From assembly GCF_016127575.1 (NCBI RefSeq), contig NZ_CP066018.1:1920001-1952000 (forward strand): 32,000 nucleotides of DNA, in the 5' to 3' direction. The position numbers were made by a program, and so were the translations under genes. Under the pieces are notes generated by a model, which worked only from the letters and a program-made list of their open reading frames with translations, was not told the DNA's origin and did not search any database. Below, in pieces: positions 6,935 to 15,456 of the stretch. How positions within the stretch are numbered: the first letter of the stretch is position 1; each line of letters opens with the position of its first letter. Source of the stretch: Cupriavidus necator. GTDB taxonomy: Bacteria; Pseudomonadota; Gammaproteobacteria; Burkholderiales; Burkholderiaceae.

Positions 6935-8083
6935 CTAGCCCGCTTTCACCAGCCTAACCCGCGTAATCTCCGACGGCGCCCCAAACCGCTTCGGCGGCCC
7001 CCAATACCCGGTGCCACGGCTGATATAGATCCACAGTGAACCATGCCGCACCAGTCCGGCGGTGTATGGCTGCTGCATCGGCACGAACAGGTTCCACGGC
7101 CAGAACTGGCCGCCGTGGGTATGGCCGGACAACTGCAGGTCGAAACCGGCTTCCGCCGCTGCGGCAGCGGTGCGTGGCTGGTGGGCCAGCAGCACGCGCG
7201 CGCCGGCGTGTGCCGGGGCGCCGGCGATGGCGCGGTGCGGGTCGCTGCGGTGGCTTTCGTGGAAGCGGCCGGCGGAGTAGTCGGTGACGCCGCCAAGTAC
7301 CAGCGCGTCGCCGTCGTGCTGCAGCACCACATGTTCGTTCATCAGCACGCGCACGCCCAGGCGGCGCAGCTCAATGATCCACGGCTCCGCGCCGGAGTAG
7401 TACTCATGGTTGCCGGTGACGAAGTAGGTGCCGTGGCGCGCCTGCAGCCGGGCCAGCGGCGCGGTGTGGGCGGATAGTTCGCGCACGGTGCCGTCGACCA
7501 GGTCGCCGGTGATGGCGACGGCGTCGGCCTGCAGGCTGTTGACGCGGTCGACGATGCGGTCGAGGTAGGGCCGCTTGATGGTGGGCCCGACATGGATGTC
7601 GCTGATCTGGGCGATGGTGAAACCATGCAGGGCGTCGGGCAGGCCGGCCACGGGCACGTCGACTTCGACCACGCGCGCCAGCCGGCGGGCATTGATATAG
7701 CCGGCCAGCGTGACCAGCAGCGCCAGCAGCGGCACCGCCACCGCACTGCCCGCGGACAGGCCGGGCGCGTGCCAGCCGAGCAGTTGCCCGGCCAGCCAGG
7801 CCGCCGCCAGCGCCACGTCGCGTACCAGCGTCAGCACCAGCAGGGATGAGAAGAATCCCATTGCCAGCATGCCGATCCAGGAAACCAGGTCCGACCAGGG
7901 CTGGCTGACGCGCCGCGCCAGCAGCCCGGCCGGCAGCAGGGCGCAGGAGAGGGCCAGCCAGGCGACGGCCAATGCCTTGACCGCCATCGGCACCGGCATC
8001 GCCGGCAGCAGGCGCAGCCCGATATAGCCGTGCAGCAGGGCTGTCACGAGGGCGGCGGTCAGGATGGTGGTGCGTGGAGGCAT
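6935..8083 (-). CDS. Membrane-anchored calcineurin-like metallophosphoesterase
   Basis: Motifs ISDIHVG, ITGDLVDG, GNHEY and GHTHGGQ, with N-terminal hydrophobic helices. The track start 8221 adds a Pro/Arg-rich 46-aa leader. I prefer ATG 8083 (MPPRTTILTAALV...), but the start is uncertain. Confidence 0.8.
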   Translation of the reverse strand: MPPRTTILTAALVTALLHGYIGLRLLPAMPVPMAVKALAVAWLALSCALLPAGLLARRVSQPWSDLVSWIGMLAMGFFSSLLVLTLVRDVALAAAWLAGQLLGWHAPGLSAGSAVAVPLLALLVTLAGYINARRLARVVEVDVPVAGLPDALHGFTIAQISDIHVGPTIKRPYLDRIVDRVNSLQADAVAITGDLVDGTVRELSAHTAPLARLQARHGTYFVTGNHEYYSGAEPWIIELRRLGVRVLMNEHVVLQHDGDALVLGGVTDYSAGRFHESHRSDPHRAIAGAPAHAGARVLLAHQPRTAAAAAEAGFDLQLSGHTHGGQFWPWNLFVPMQQPYTAGLVRHGSLWIYISRGTGYWGPPKRFGAPSEITRVRLVKAG

Positions 8084-8461
8084 GGGGGCGGGCCTGGGCG
8101 GAGTCTTCAAAGATGAGGCCGTGCGGGGCGGCTTCAAGGGCCGTTGTGGTGGCATCAGGCCAAGCAAGATGCACACCCGCCTTGCCTGCGCGCGTCGCAA
8201 CGGCGCATTGCGGCTTGACATGGCCGCCTGCCGCCCCGACTACTTCTTTGTATGAAGGCCGCTGTCGATGGCCGCCGCGCATGCCCCATGCCACCGGCCA
8301 CCGGCTGATCTGTCTTTTTTGGGACGGATCCTGAATGTTTTCGAATCAGATTGTTCGGCTTGGCGGCCTAATTTAGATTCGCGGGATGGGCCGTCTGTTG
8401 TGCAGCATCGTGCCCGCGGTGCCGGCCCGCCGGTGCAGGCGGCTTCCTCCCGGAGAAACCC

Positions 8462-10858
8462 ATGTCTTTTCGCCTGAAGCAGACCAGCGCCCTGATCGCC
8501 GCGGCGTGGCTTGCATTTGCACCGCTCAGCCCGCAGGCCGCCACGCCGGCCAAGCCAGCGGCGACTGCCCTGGGCTGGCCGCGCAACTTCGACGCCGCCA
8601 ACGATCACGTGGAGCTGTACCAGCCCCAGATCGAGACCTGGGACGGCAACCGGCTGTCCGGGCGCGCGGCGGTGGCGGTGGGCGAGAAGTCGGGTTCTCC
8701 GACCTACGGCGTGGTGCATTTCTCGGCAACCGGCGATATCGACAAGTCCTCAGGGCTGGTGCAACTGACCCGAATCACGGTGGACAGCGTCGAAGTGCCG
8801 ACCCGGCCCGACGCCGCCGACCGGGTGCGCCAGGCGCTGGTGTCGCGCCTGCCGGCCAACGGGCTGACGGTGCCGCTGGACCAGCTGCAGGCCAGCTACG
8901 CGGTATCGCAGCAACTGGCCAAGGCTGGCCGCGTGGTGGTGCGCAATGACGTGCCCCAGATTCTTTTTGCCACCACGCCGACGCTGCTGGTGCTGGTCGA
9001 CGGCGAGCCGGCCTGGCGCGCCGTGCCGGGCACGCAGTACGAACGGGCGCTGAACAGCCGAGCGCTGCTGCTGCGCGAATCCGGCGGCGAGCTGCACCTG
9101 AAGGCGGCCGGCTACTGGTATCGCTCCGAATCGGCCGGCGGCGCCTGGGAAGTGATGACGACCGTGCCCAAGGCGCTGGAGAGCGCGGCCACCAAGGCGG
9201 CGGCCGGCATGAAGCCCGACACGATGCTGCCGGCCGACGGCAAGCGGCCGGCGAGGGCGCCGGCGATCCTCTTTGCCACGCAGCCGACCGAGCTGGTCAT
9301 GACCAGCGGCGCGCCGCAGATGACGCCGGTCAGCGGCGTCAGCCTGCTGACGATGTCCAATGCCGACCACGCGGTCTTTGTCGATCCGGGTGCCAACCAG
9401 TATTACGTGCTGGTCTCGGGCCGCTGGTTCCGCGCGCCGATGCTGACCGGGCCGTGGGAGTACGTGCCCGGCGCCCAGCTGCCGGCAGACTTCGCCAGGA
9501 TCCCGGCGACCGACCCCAAGGCCAATGTGCTGGTCTCGGTGCCCGGCACGCCGCAGGCACGCGAGGCCGAGATCGCGGCGACCATTCCGCAGACCGCCAC
9601 GGTGTCGCGCAGCAAGGCCAGCCTGGCGGTGGCGTATGACGGCGCGCCGCGCTTCACGCCGGTCACCGGCACCTCGCTCAGCTACGCGGTCAACAGCGGC
9701 ACGCCGGTGATCGAGGTCGACAGCAGCCACTACTACGCGGTCGCCAACGGCGTCTGGTTCACGGCGCCGGCACCGTCCGGCCCGTGGCGTGTGGCCACCG
9801 AAGTGCCGTCGGCGATCTACACCATCCCGCCGACTTCGCCGGTGTACTACGTGACCTATGTGCGCATCTATTCGGTCACGCCGGAGACCGTGGTGGTGGG
9901 CTACACCCCCGGCTACATGGGCGTGGTGGTCAGCGCCGACGGCACGGTGGTGTACGGCACCGGCTATGTCTATCCGCCCTATGTGGGCGCGGTCTACTAC
10001 GGCTACCCGGCCACCTATGGCTACGGCGCCGGCTTTGGCATCGGCATGGCCGAGGGCTTTGCCTTCGGCTTCGCCGCCGGTGCGTTCTGGGGCGCGGCGT
10101 CGCCGTACTGGGGCCCTTATTGGTGGGGCGGCGCGTACAACTGGAACTACGTCAACGTGAACCAGGCCAATTTCTACGGCCGCTGGGGCCAGGGCACCGT
10201 GACCCACGCCCAGGGCTGGAACGCCTGGACCGGCACCGAATGGCGCGGCACCGCCGGCGCCGGCTACGACCCGGCCACCGGGGCGCGCTACCAGGGCAGC
10301 CGCGGTGGGGCGTTCAATCCCTATTCCGGCAACTATGCGGCGGGCCGCCAGGGCTCGTTCGCCAATCCGTCGACCGGGCGCGAGGGCGCCGCGCGCGGCG
10401 GCGTGGCCGGCAACACCTACACCGGCAACTATGCCGCCGGCCGCCAGGCGGCGGGCTACAACGCGCAGACCGGCCGCGTCGGCGCGGCCGAAGCGGGTAT
10501 TGCCGGCAATACGCAGACCGGCCAGCACACTGCCGGCAGCCGTGGCTTTGTCGCCAATCCGGACAAGAACAATGCGGTGGTGTGGAACAACGGCAACGTG
10601 TATGCCGGCCACGACGGCTCGGTGTACCAGCACACCGACAACGGCTGGCAGAAGCACACCCCCAGCGGCTGGGAACAGGTGCAGCCCGGCAACGACGCCA
10701 CTGCGCGGCTAGAGCAGCAGCGCCAGGCGCGTGAGATCGGCCAGCAGCGTTTCCAGGGCACGGCCCAGCAGTGGCAGGGGCGCGGCGGTTGGGGCGGTTT
10801 TGGCGGCCGTGCCGGGGGTTTCCGCGGCGGCGGTTTCCATGGCGGGTTCCGCCGCTGA
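8462..10858 (+). CDS. 798-aa secreted modular repeat protein of unknown function
   Basis: GGAGAAA RBS. Signal peptide MSFRLKQTSALIAAAWLAFAPLSPQA/AT. Three ~70-aa modules ending W(F/Y)R/T..(G)PWE/R at 8978-9178, 9284-9493 and 9620-9829. Tyr/Gly/Trp-rich low-complexity region at about 9900-10264. Four 32-aa tandem repeats. Gly/Arg/Phe tail GGWGGFGGRAGGFRGGGFHGGFRR. GC3-biased codons throughout. Confidence 0.8.
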   Translation: MSFRLKQTSALIAAAWLAFAPLSPQAATPAKPAATALGWPRNFDAANDHVELYQPQIETWDGNRLSGRAAVAVGEKSGSPTYGVVHFSATGDIDKSSGLVQLTRITVDSVEVPTRPDAADRVRQALVSRLPANGLTVPLDQLQASYAVSQQLAKAGRVVVRNDVPQILFATTPTLLVLVDGEPAWRAVPGTQYERALNSRALLLRESGGELHLKAAGYWYRSESAGGAWEVMTTVPKALESAATKAAAGMKPDTMLPADGKRPARAPAILFATQPTELVMTSGAPQMTPVSGVSLLTMSNADHAVFVDPGANQYYVLVSGRWFRAPMLTGPWEYVPGAQLPADFARIPATDPKANVLVSVPGTPQAREAEIAATIPQTATVSRSKASLAVAYDGAPRFTPVTGTSLSYAVNSGTPVIEVDSSHYYAVANGVWFTAPAPSGPWRVATEVPSAIYTIPPTSPVYYVTYVRIYSVTPETVVVGYTPGYMGVVVSADGTVVYGTGYVYPPYVGAVYYGYPATYGYGAGFGIGMAEGFAFGFAAGAFWGAASPYWGPYWWGGAYNWNYVNVNQANFYGRWGQGTVTHAQGWNAWTGTEWRGTAGAGYDPATGARYQGSRGGAFNPYSGNYAAGRQGSFANPSTGREGAARGGVAGNTYTGNYAAGRQAAGYNAQTGRVGAAEAGIAGNTQTGQHTAGSRGFVANPDKNNAVVWNNGNVYAGHDGSVYQHTDNGWQKHTPSGWEQVQPGNDATARLEQQRQAREIGQQRFQGTAQQWQGRGGWGGFGGRAGGFRGGGFHGGFRR
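10265..10648 (+). repeat. Four in-frame degenerate tandem repeats of exactly 96 nt (32 aa) inside the 798-aa gene
   Basis: YDPATGARYQGSRGGAFNPYSGNYAAGRQGSF / ANPSTGREGAARGGVAGNTYTGNYAAGRQAAG / YNAQTGRVGAAEAGIAGNTQTGQHTAGSRGFV / ANPDKNNAVVWNNGNVYAGHDGSVYQHTDNGW. Units start at 10265, 10361, 10457 and 10553. Confidence 0.75.
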
Positions 10859-11047
10859 GACAGGGCCCTGGCAGCCCGCGCGGGTGCGGGCAAAAGCAAG
10901 TCGAAAGCAGTAAAGACGCCTACAAAAGAATTGAATTGGCGCCCGCAGGGCCGAGCCTTACCCTGCCGGTAAAGAGGCGAGTGCGGCCACCGGTCCGGCG
11001 CGACGGAAGGTCGCCAGCGTGCGCGCGCGGCGATCGCGTGCATAACC

Positions 11048-12301
11048 ATGGCGGGAGAGGGATCCGTGAACACTGCTTTCCATTGGCGCGGCGCGCTCTG
11101 GCTGGTCTGCGTGATGACGCTGGCCGCCTGCGGCAAGGACAAACCGGCGCCCAGCGCACCGCCCGCGGCCGAGGTCGGCACCATGACGGTGGCGCCGCGC
11201 GATGTGCCGATCGTCTATGACTTCGTCGGCCAGACCCAGAGCTCGCAGCAGGTGGAGATCCGCGCGCGCGTCAATGGCTTCCTGGACCGGCGCGTCTATA
11301 CCGAGGGCGCGGTGGTCAAGGCCGGCGAGACCATGTTCCTGATGGATCCCAAGCCTTTCGCCGCGGCGCTGGATGCGGCCAATGCCGAAATGGCGCAGCA
11401 GGTGGCGCGGCTCAAGACCGCCAATGCCGACCTGGCGCGGGTGCGCCCGCTGGCCGAGCGCAACGCGCTGAGCCAGCGCGACCTGGACGACGCCGTGGGC
11501 AAGCAGCAGGCCGCCGCGGCCGCGGTCGAGGCGGCCCGGGCCAATGTCACCAATGCCAGGCTGAACCTGGGCTATACCACGATCAAGTCACCGGTCACCG
11601 GCGTGTCGAGCTTTGCCAAGAAGCAGGCCGGCAGCTATATCGATCCGTCGAACAGCCTGCTGACCTACGTGGCCAAGCTCGACCCGATGTGGGTCAATTT
11701 CAGCCTGTCCGAGAACGAGGTGCTGTCGTCACGCTCGGAGCAGGAGTCCGGCGCGCTCAAGTTCCCGCCCAAGGGCGCCTTTGACGTGGTGATCGTGATG
11801 GCCGATGGCAGCCAGTTCCCGCATCACGGCAAGATCACCTTTGCCGATGCCTCGTTCAGCGCCGAGACCGGCACCTACATGATCCGCGCCGAGGTTGCCA
11901 ACCCTGACGGCACGCTGCGCCCCGGCCAGTTCGTGCGCGTGAAGCTGCATGGCGCCGAGCGCACCAAGGCCGTGGCGGTGCCGCAGGAAGCCGTCATCCA
12001 GGGCCCGCGCGGGCAGATGGTGTGGGTGGTCGGCGCGGACAACAAGGCCCACCAGCGCGTGGTCGACGTGGGCCAGTGGACCGGCGACAACTGGGTGATC
12101 CGCTCCGGCCTGAAGCCGGGCGAGCGCGTGGTCGTCAGCGGCGGGCTGCGGCTGGCGCCCGACGCGCCGGTCAAGGCCACCGAGGTAGCGTCCGGCCAGA
12201 AGCCCCCGGCGGGTGCGGCGCCCGCCAGCGCACCGGGTGCGCCAGGCGCGTCATCCCCCGCCCAGGCCAAGAGCACGCAGAGCGCGGGGAGCAAGCCATG
12301 A
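11048..12301 (+). CDS. RND efflux periplasmic adaptor (membrane fusion protein, AcrA/MexA-like) lipoprotein
   Basis: Lipobox LAAC. Barrel-sandwich hybrid/coiled-coil pattern (VNGFL..R.Y.EG..VK.G..MFLMDP, LGYTTIKSPVTGV). The stop overlaps the pump ATG (ATGA). An alternative GTG start at 11066 follows GGGAGAGGG. Confidence 0.9.
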   Translation: MAGEGSVNTAFHWRGALWLVCVMTLAACGKDKPAPSAPPAAEVGTMTVAPRDVPIVYDFVGQTQSSQQVEIRARVNGFLDRRVYTEGAVVKAGETMFLMDPKPFAAALDAANAEMAQQVARLKTANADLARVRPLAERNALSQRDLDDAVGKQQAAAAAVEAARANVTNARLNLGYTTIKSPVTGVSSFAKKQAGSYIDPSNSLLTYVAKLDPMWVNFSLSENEVLSSRSEQESGALKFPPKGAFDVVIVMADGSQFPHHGKITFADASFSAETGTYMIRAEVANPDGTLRPGQFVRVKLHGAERTKAVAVPQEAVIQGPRGQMVWVVGADNKAHQRVVDVGQWTGDNWVIRSGLKPGERVVVSGGLRLAPDAPVKATEVASGQKPPAGAAPASAPGAPGASSPAQAKSTQSAGSKP

Positions 12302-15300
12302 AGCTTGCCCACTTCTTCATCGACCGACCCATCTTTGCGTCGGTCCTGTCCATCATCATCGTGGTGGGCGGCCTGGTCGCGCTGACCAAACTGCCGATTG
12401 CCCAGTTCCCGGACGTCACGCCGCCGTCGATCACGGTGACGACTCGATACCCCGGAGCCAGCGCGGAGGTGGTCGCCCAAAACGTAGCGGCGCCGATCGA
12501 GCAGCAGGTCAACGGCGCGGACCGGATGATGTACATGAACTCGACGAGCTCCTCGACGGGTGACCTGACCTTGACGGTGTATTTCGAGATCGGGACCGAT
12601 CCGCAACTGGCGCAGGTAGACGTGCAGAACCGGGTCAACCTGGCGCTGCCAACCCTGCCTGAAGCGGTCACGGCCCAGGGCGTTTCCGTGCAGAAGCGTT
12701 CTTCCGCGTTCATGATGGTGATTGCCATCTTTTCGCCGGACAACAGCTACGACCAGACCTTTGTCGGCAACTACGCCAACATCTATGTGCTGGATGCGCT
12801 CAAGCGCATTCCCGGCGCCAACCAGTCAGCGATCTTCGGCAATCCGGACTACGCCATGCGGCTCTGGCTGCGGCCGGACCGGATGGCGTCGCTGGGCATT
12901 ACCACGGAAGACGTCAAGAACGCTGTCAGCGCGCAGAACCAGCAGTTCTCCGCCGGCCGTATCGGACAGTCGCCGACCACCGATCCCGTCCTGCAGACGT
13001 TCCCGATTGCGACCAAGGGCCAGATGACCGAGCCCGCCGAGTTCGAGAACATGATCCTGCGCGCGCAGTCGGGCGACGCCGCGCTGGTGCGGCTCAAGGA
13101 CATCGGCAGGGCTGAACTCGGCGTCAAGGATTATTCGCTGCGCAGCCGCTACAAGGGCAAGACCGCCACGCTGCTGGCGGTCTACCAGCAGCCGGGCGCC
13201 AATGCGCTGGACGTGGCCAAGCAGGTGCGCGGCACGCTGGCGGAACTGAAGAAGTCGTTCCCGCCCGGGCTGGAATATGAGGTTGCGCTCGACACCACCG
13301 AGTTCGTGAACGAATCGATCAACGAGGTGGTGCACACGCTGCGCGATGCGGTGATCCTCGTGATCCTGGTCGTCTACCTGTTCCTGCAGAGCCTGCGCGC
13401 AACCATCGTGCCGATCCTTGCCGTGCCGGTGTCGATCATTGGCGCCTTCGTCGGCATGAGCATGTTCGGCTTTTCGGTCAACATGCTGACCTTGTTCGGG
13501 ATGGTGCTGGCCATCGGCATCGTGGTCGACGACGCGATCGTGGTGATCGAGAACGTCGAGCGCAACATGGTGGAGTTCAAACTGCCACCAAAGGAGGCGG
13601 CCAAGCGTGCCATGGACGAGGTGAGCGGCCCCGTGGTTGCGATCGTGCTGGTGCTGCTGGCGGTATTCATCCCGGTGGCGTTCCTGTCCGGCATTACCGG
13701 CCAGCTCTACAAGCAGTTTGCCGTCACCATCGCGGTGTCGGTGGTGTTGTCCGGGGTGGTGGCGCTGACCCTGTCGCCGGCGCTTGCGGCAATCCTGCTC
13801 AAGCCCGGCGAGCACAAGAAGAACCGGTTTTTCCAGTGGTTCAACAATTCGTTCGATCGCCTGATCCAGGGGTACGACAAGTCGCTGCAGGTCGTGATCA
13901 GGCGGACGGTGATCTCCATCGTCATCATCCTTGTCATGATCGGGGTGAGCGTGCTGATGTTCGTGCGGATACCGTCGTCGTTCCTGCCGGTGGAGGACCA
14001 GGGCTATCTGTTCGGTGCCGTGGTGATGCCGGATGCGGCCAGCCTGGACCGCACCGGCAACCTCTCCTCCCGTGCCGAGGCCTGGTATGCCAAGCAGCCC
14101 GGCGTCAGCTCGGTGGCGTCCGTGGACGGGTACAGCCTGATCGATTCGCAGAACAAGGCCAATGCTTCCACCTTGTTCATCACGCTGAAGGGCTTCCATG
14201 ACCGCAAGGAAGGCGAGAGCGCGGCGGATCTGATCGCCAAGGCGAAGAAGGAGTTTGCGAGCTACCAGGACGGTGTGACCATTCCGATCAACCCGCCCTC
14301 GATCCCGGGCCTGGGAACGACCGGTGGTTTTGAGTTCTGGCTCCAGAGCACGGCGGACGGCACCTACCAGCAGCTGGAGGAGCGGGTGCATGCCTTTATC
14401 GCCAAGGCGCGGCAGCGGCCGGAGCTGACCGGGATCAATTCCACTATCAACACGCGCTCGCGCCAGTTGCTGGTGGAGGTGGATCGCGAACGCTCCGAAA
14501 CCCAGGGCGTGCCCGTCGAGCAGGTCTATTCCGCGCTGCAGACCATGTTCGGTTCGCTCTTCGTCAGCCAGTTCCCGAAGAACAGCCGGCTGTTCCAGGT
14601 GATCCTGCAGGCCGAGGCCGACTACCGCTCGCGTCCGGAGGATCTCGACAAGGTCTACGTGCGCAACCGCACTGGCGAAATGGTGCCGATCAAGGCGGTG
14701 ACGACATCCCGGTATGTCCCGGGCGCCGATATCATGACCCGCTTCAACAATTTCCCGGCCGCCAAGATCATGGGCGATGCCGCGCCGGGCTACAGCTCCG
14801 GCCAGGCGCTTGCGGCCATGGAGGACGTGGCGCGGGAGGTGCTTGGCCAGGGCTACAGCTTTGCCTGGAGCGGACAGGCGTACGAGGAGAAGACTGCCGG
14901 GTCGACGGCAGCAATGGTCTTTGCCTTTGCCTTGCTGATGGTGTTCCTGATCCTTGCTGCGCAGTACGAAAAATGGACGCTGCCGTTCGGTGTGCTGCTG
15001 GCGGTACCGTTCGCGCTGTTCGGTGCACTGGTTGCCATCCTGTTGCGCGGCATGCAGAACGACGTCTACTTCCAGATCGGGCTGACGGTGCTGATTGCGT
15101 TGGCGGCGAAGAATGCCATCCTGATCTTTGAGTTCGCGGTGGAAATCCGGCACAAGGAAGGCCTCAGTGCCTACGACGCGGCCTTGCATGCGGCCAGGCT
15201 GCGCCTGCGCCCGATCATCATGACCTCGCTCGCCTTTATCCTCGGCTGCGTGCCGCTGGCGATCGCCAGTGGCGCGTCGGCGGCCAGCCGACAGTCGCTG

Positions 15301-15456
15301 GGCACCGGCGTGATCGGCGGGATGCTCGGCGCCACGGTGATTGCGCTGTTCTTCATCCCGATGTTCTTCTGGGGGCTGGAGGTGATGTCCGAGCGCAAGC
15401 CTAAGCCCAAGGTCGGGGCCGCAGCCACCACGCCACCGGCCGGAGAACCGTCATGA
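12298..15456 (+). CDS. RND (HAE1, AcrB/MexB-like) inner-membrane multidrug efflux pump
   Basis: 1052-aa product from MKLAHFFIDRPIFASVLSIIIVVGG..., the canonical AcrB N-terminus, with 12-TM architecture. The track's 5' extension from 12022 runs through the adaptor gene and is rejected. Confidence 0.95.
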   Translation: MKLAHFFIDRPIFASVLSIIIVVGGLVALTKLPIAQFPDVTPPSITVTTRYPGASAEVVAQNVAAPIEQQVNGADRMMYMNSTSSSTGDLTLTVYFEIGTDPQLAQVDVQNRVNLALPTLPEAVTAQGVSVQKRSSAFMMVIAIFSPDNSYDQTFVGNYANIYVLDALKRIPGANQSAIFGNPDYAMRLWLRPDRMASLGITTEDVKNAVSAQNQQFSAGRIGQSPTTDPVLQTFPIATKGQMTEPAEFENMILRAQSGDAALVRLKDIGRAELGVKDYSLRSRYKGKTATLLAVYQQPGANALDVAKQVRGTLAELKKSFPPGLEYEVALDTTEFVNESINEVVHTLRDAVILVILVVYLFLQSLRATIVPILAVPVSIIGAFVGMSMFGFSVNMLTLFGMVLAIGIVVDDAIVVIENVERNMVEFKLPPKEAAKRAMDEVSGPVVAIVLVLLAVFIPVAFLSGITGQLYKQFAVTIAVSVVLSGVVALTLSPALAAILLKPGEHKKNRFFQWFNNSFDRLIQGYDKSLQVVIRRTVISIVIILVMIGVSVLMFVRIPSSFLPVEDQGYLFGAVVMPDAASLDRTGNLSSRAEAWYAKQPGVSSVASVDGYSLIDSQNKANASTLFITLKGFHDRKEGESAADLIAKAKKEFASYQDGVTIPINPPSIPGLGTTGGFEFWLQSTADGTYQQLEERVHAFIAKARQRPELTGINSTINTRSRQLLVEVDRERSETQGVPVEQVYSALQTMFGSLFVSQFPKNSRLFQVILQAEADYRSRPEDLDKVYVRNRTGEMVPIKAVTTSRYVPGADIMTRFNNFPAAKIMGDAAPGYSSGQALAAMEDVAREVLGQGYSFAWSGQAYEEKTAGSTAAMVFAFALLMVFLILAAQYEKWTLPFGVLLAVPFALFGALVAILLRGMQNDVYFQIGLTVLIALAAKNAILIFEFAVEIRHKEGLSAYDAALHAARLRLRPIIMTSLAFILGCVPLAIASGASAASRQSLGTGVIGGMLGATVIALFFIPMFFWGLEVMSERKPKPKVGAAATTPPAGEPS

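Noticed and set aside
8750-10734. 635-aa antisense ORF (8750..10657) and 316-aa alternative-frame ORF (9784..10734) inside the 798-aa gene
   Set aside because: Both have extreme Arg/Gly/Ala/His composition with no signal peptide or motif structure. The annotated frame has a signal peptide, an RBS and ordered repeats. Overprinting cannot be excluded without Ribo-seq, but nothing supports it.
12826-15189. 787-aa minus-strand ORF opposite the RND pump
   Set aside because: It is the antisense frame of an unmistakable AcrB-like gene and a compositional artefact.
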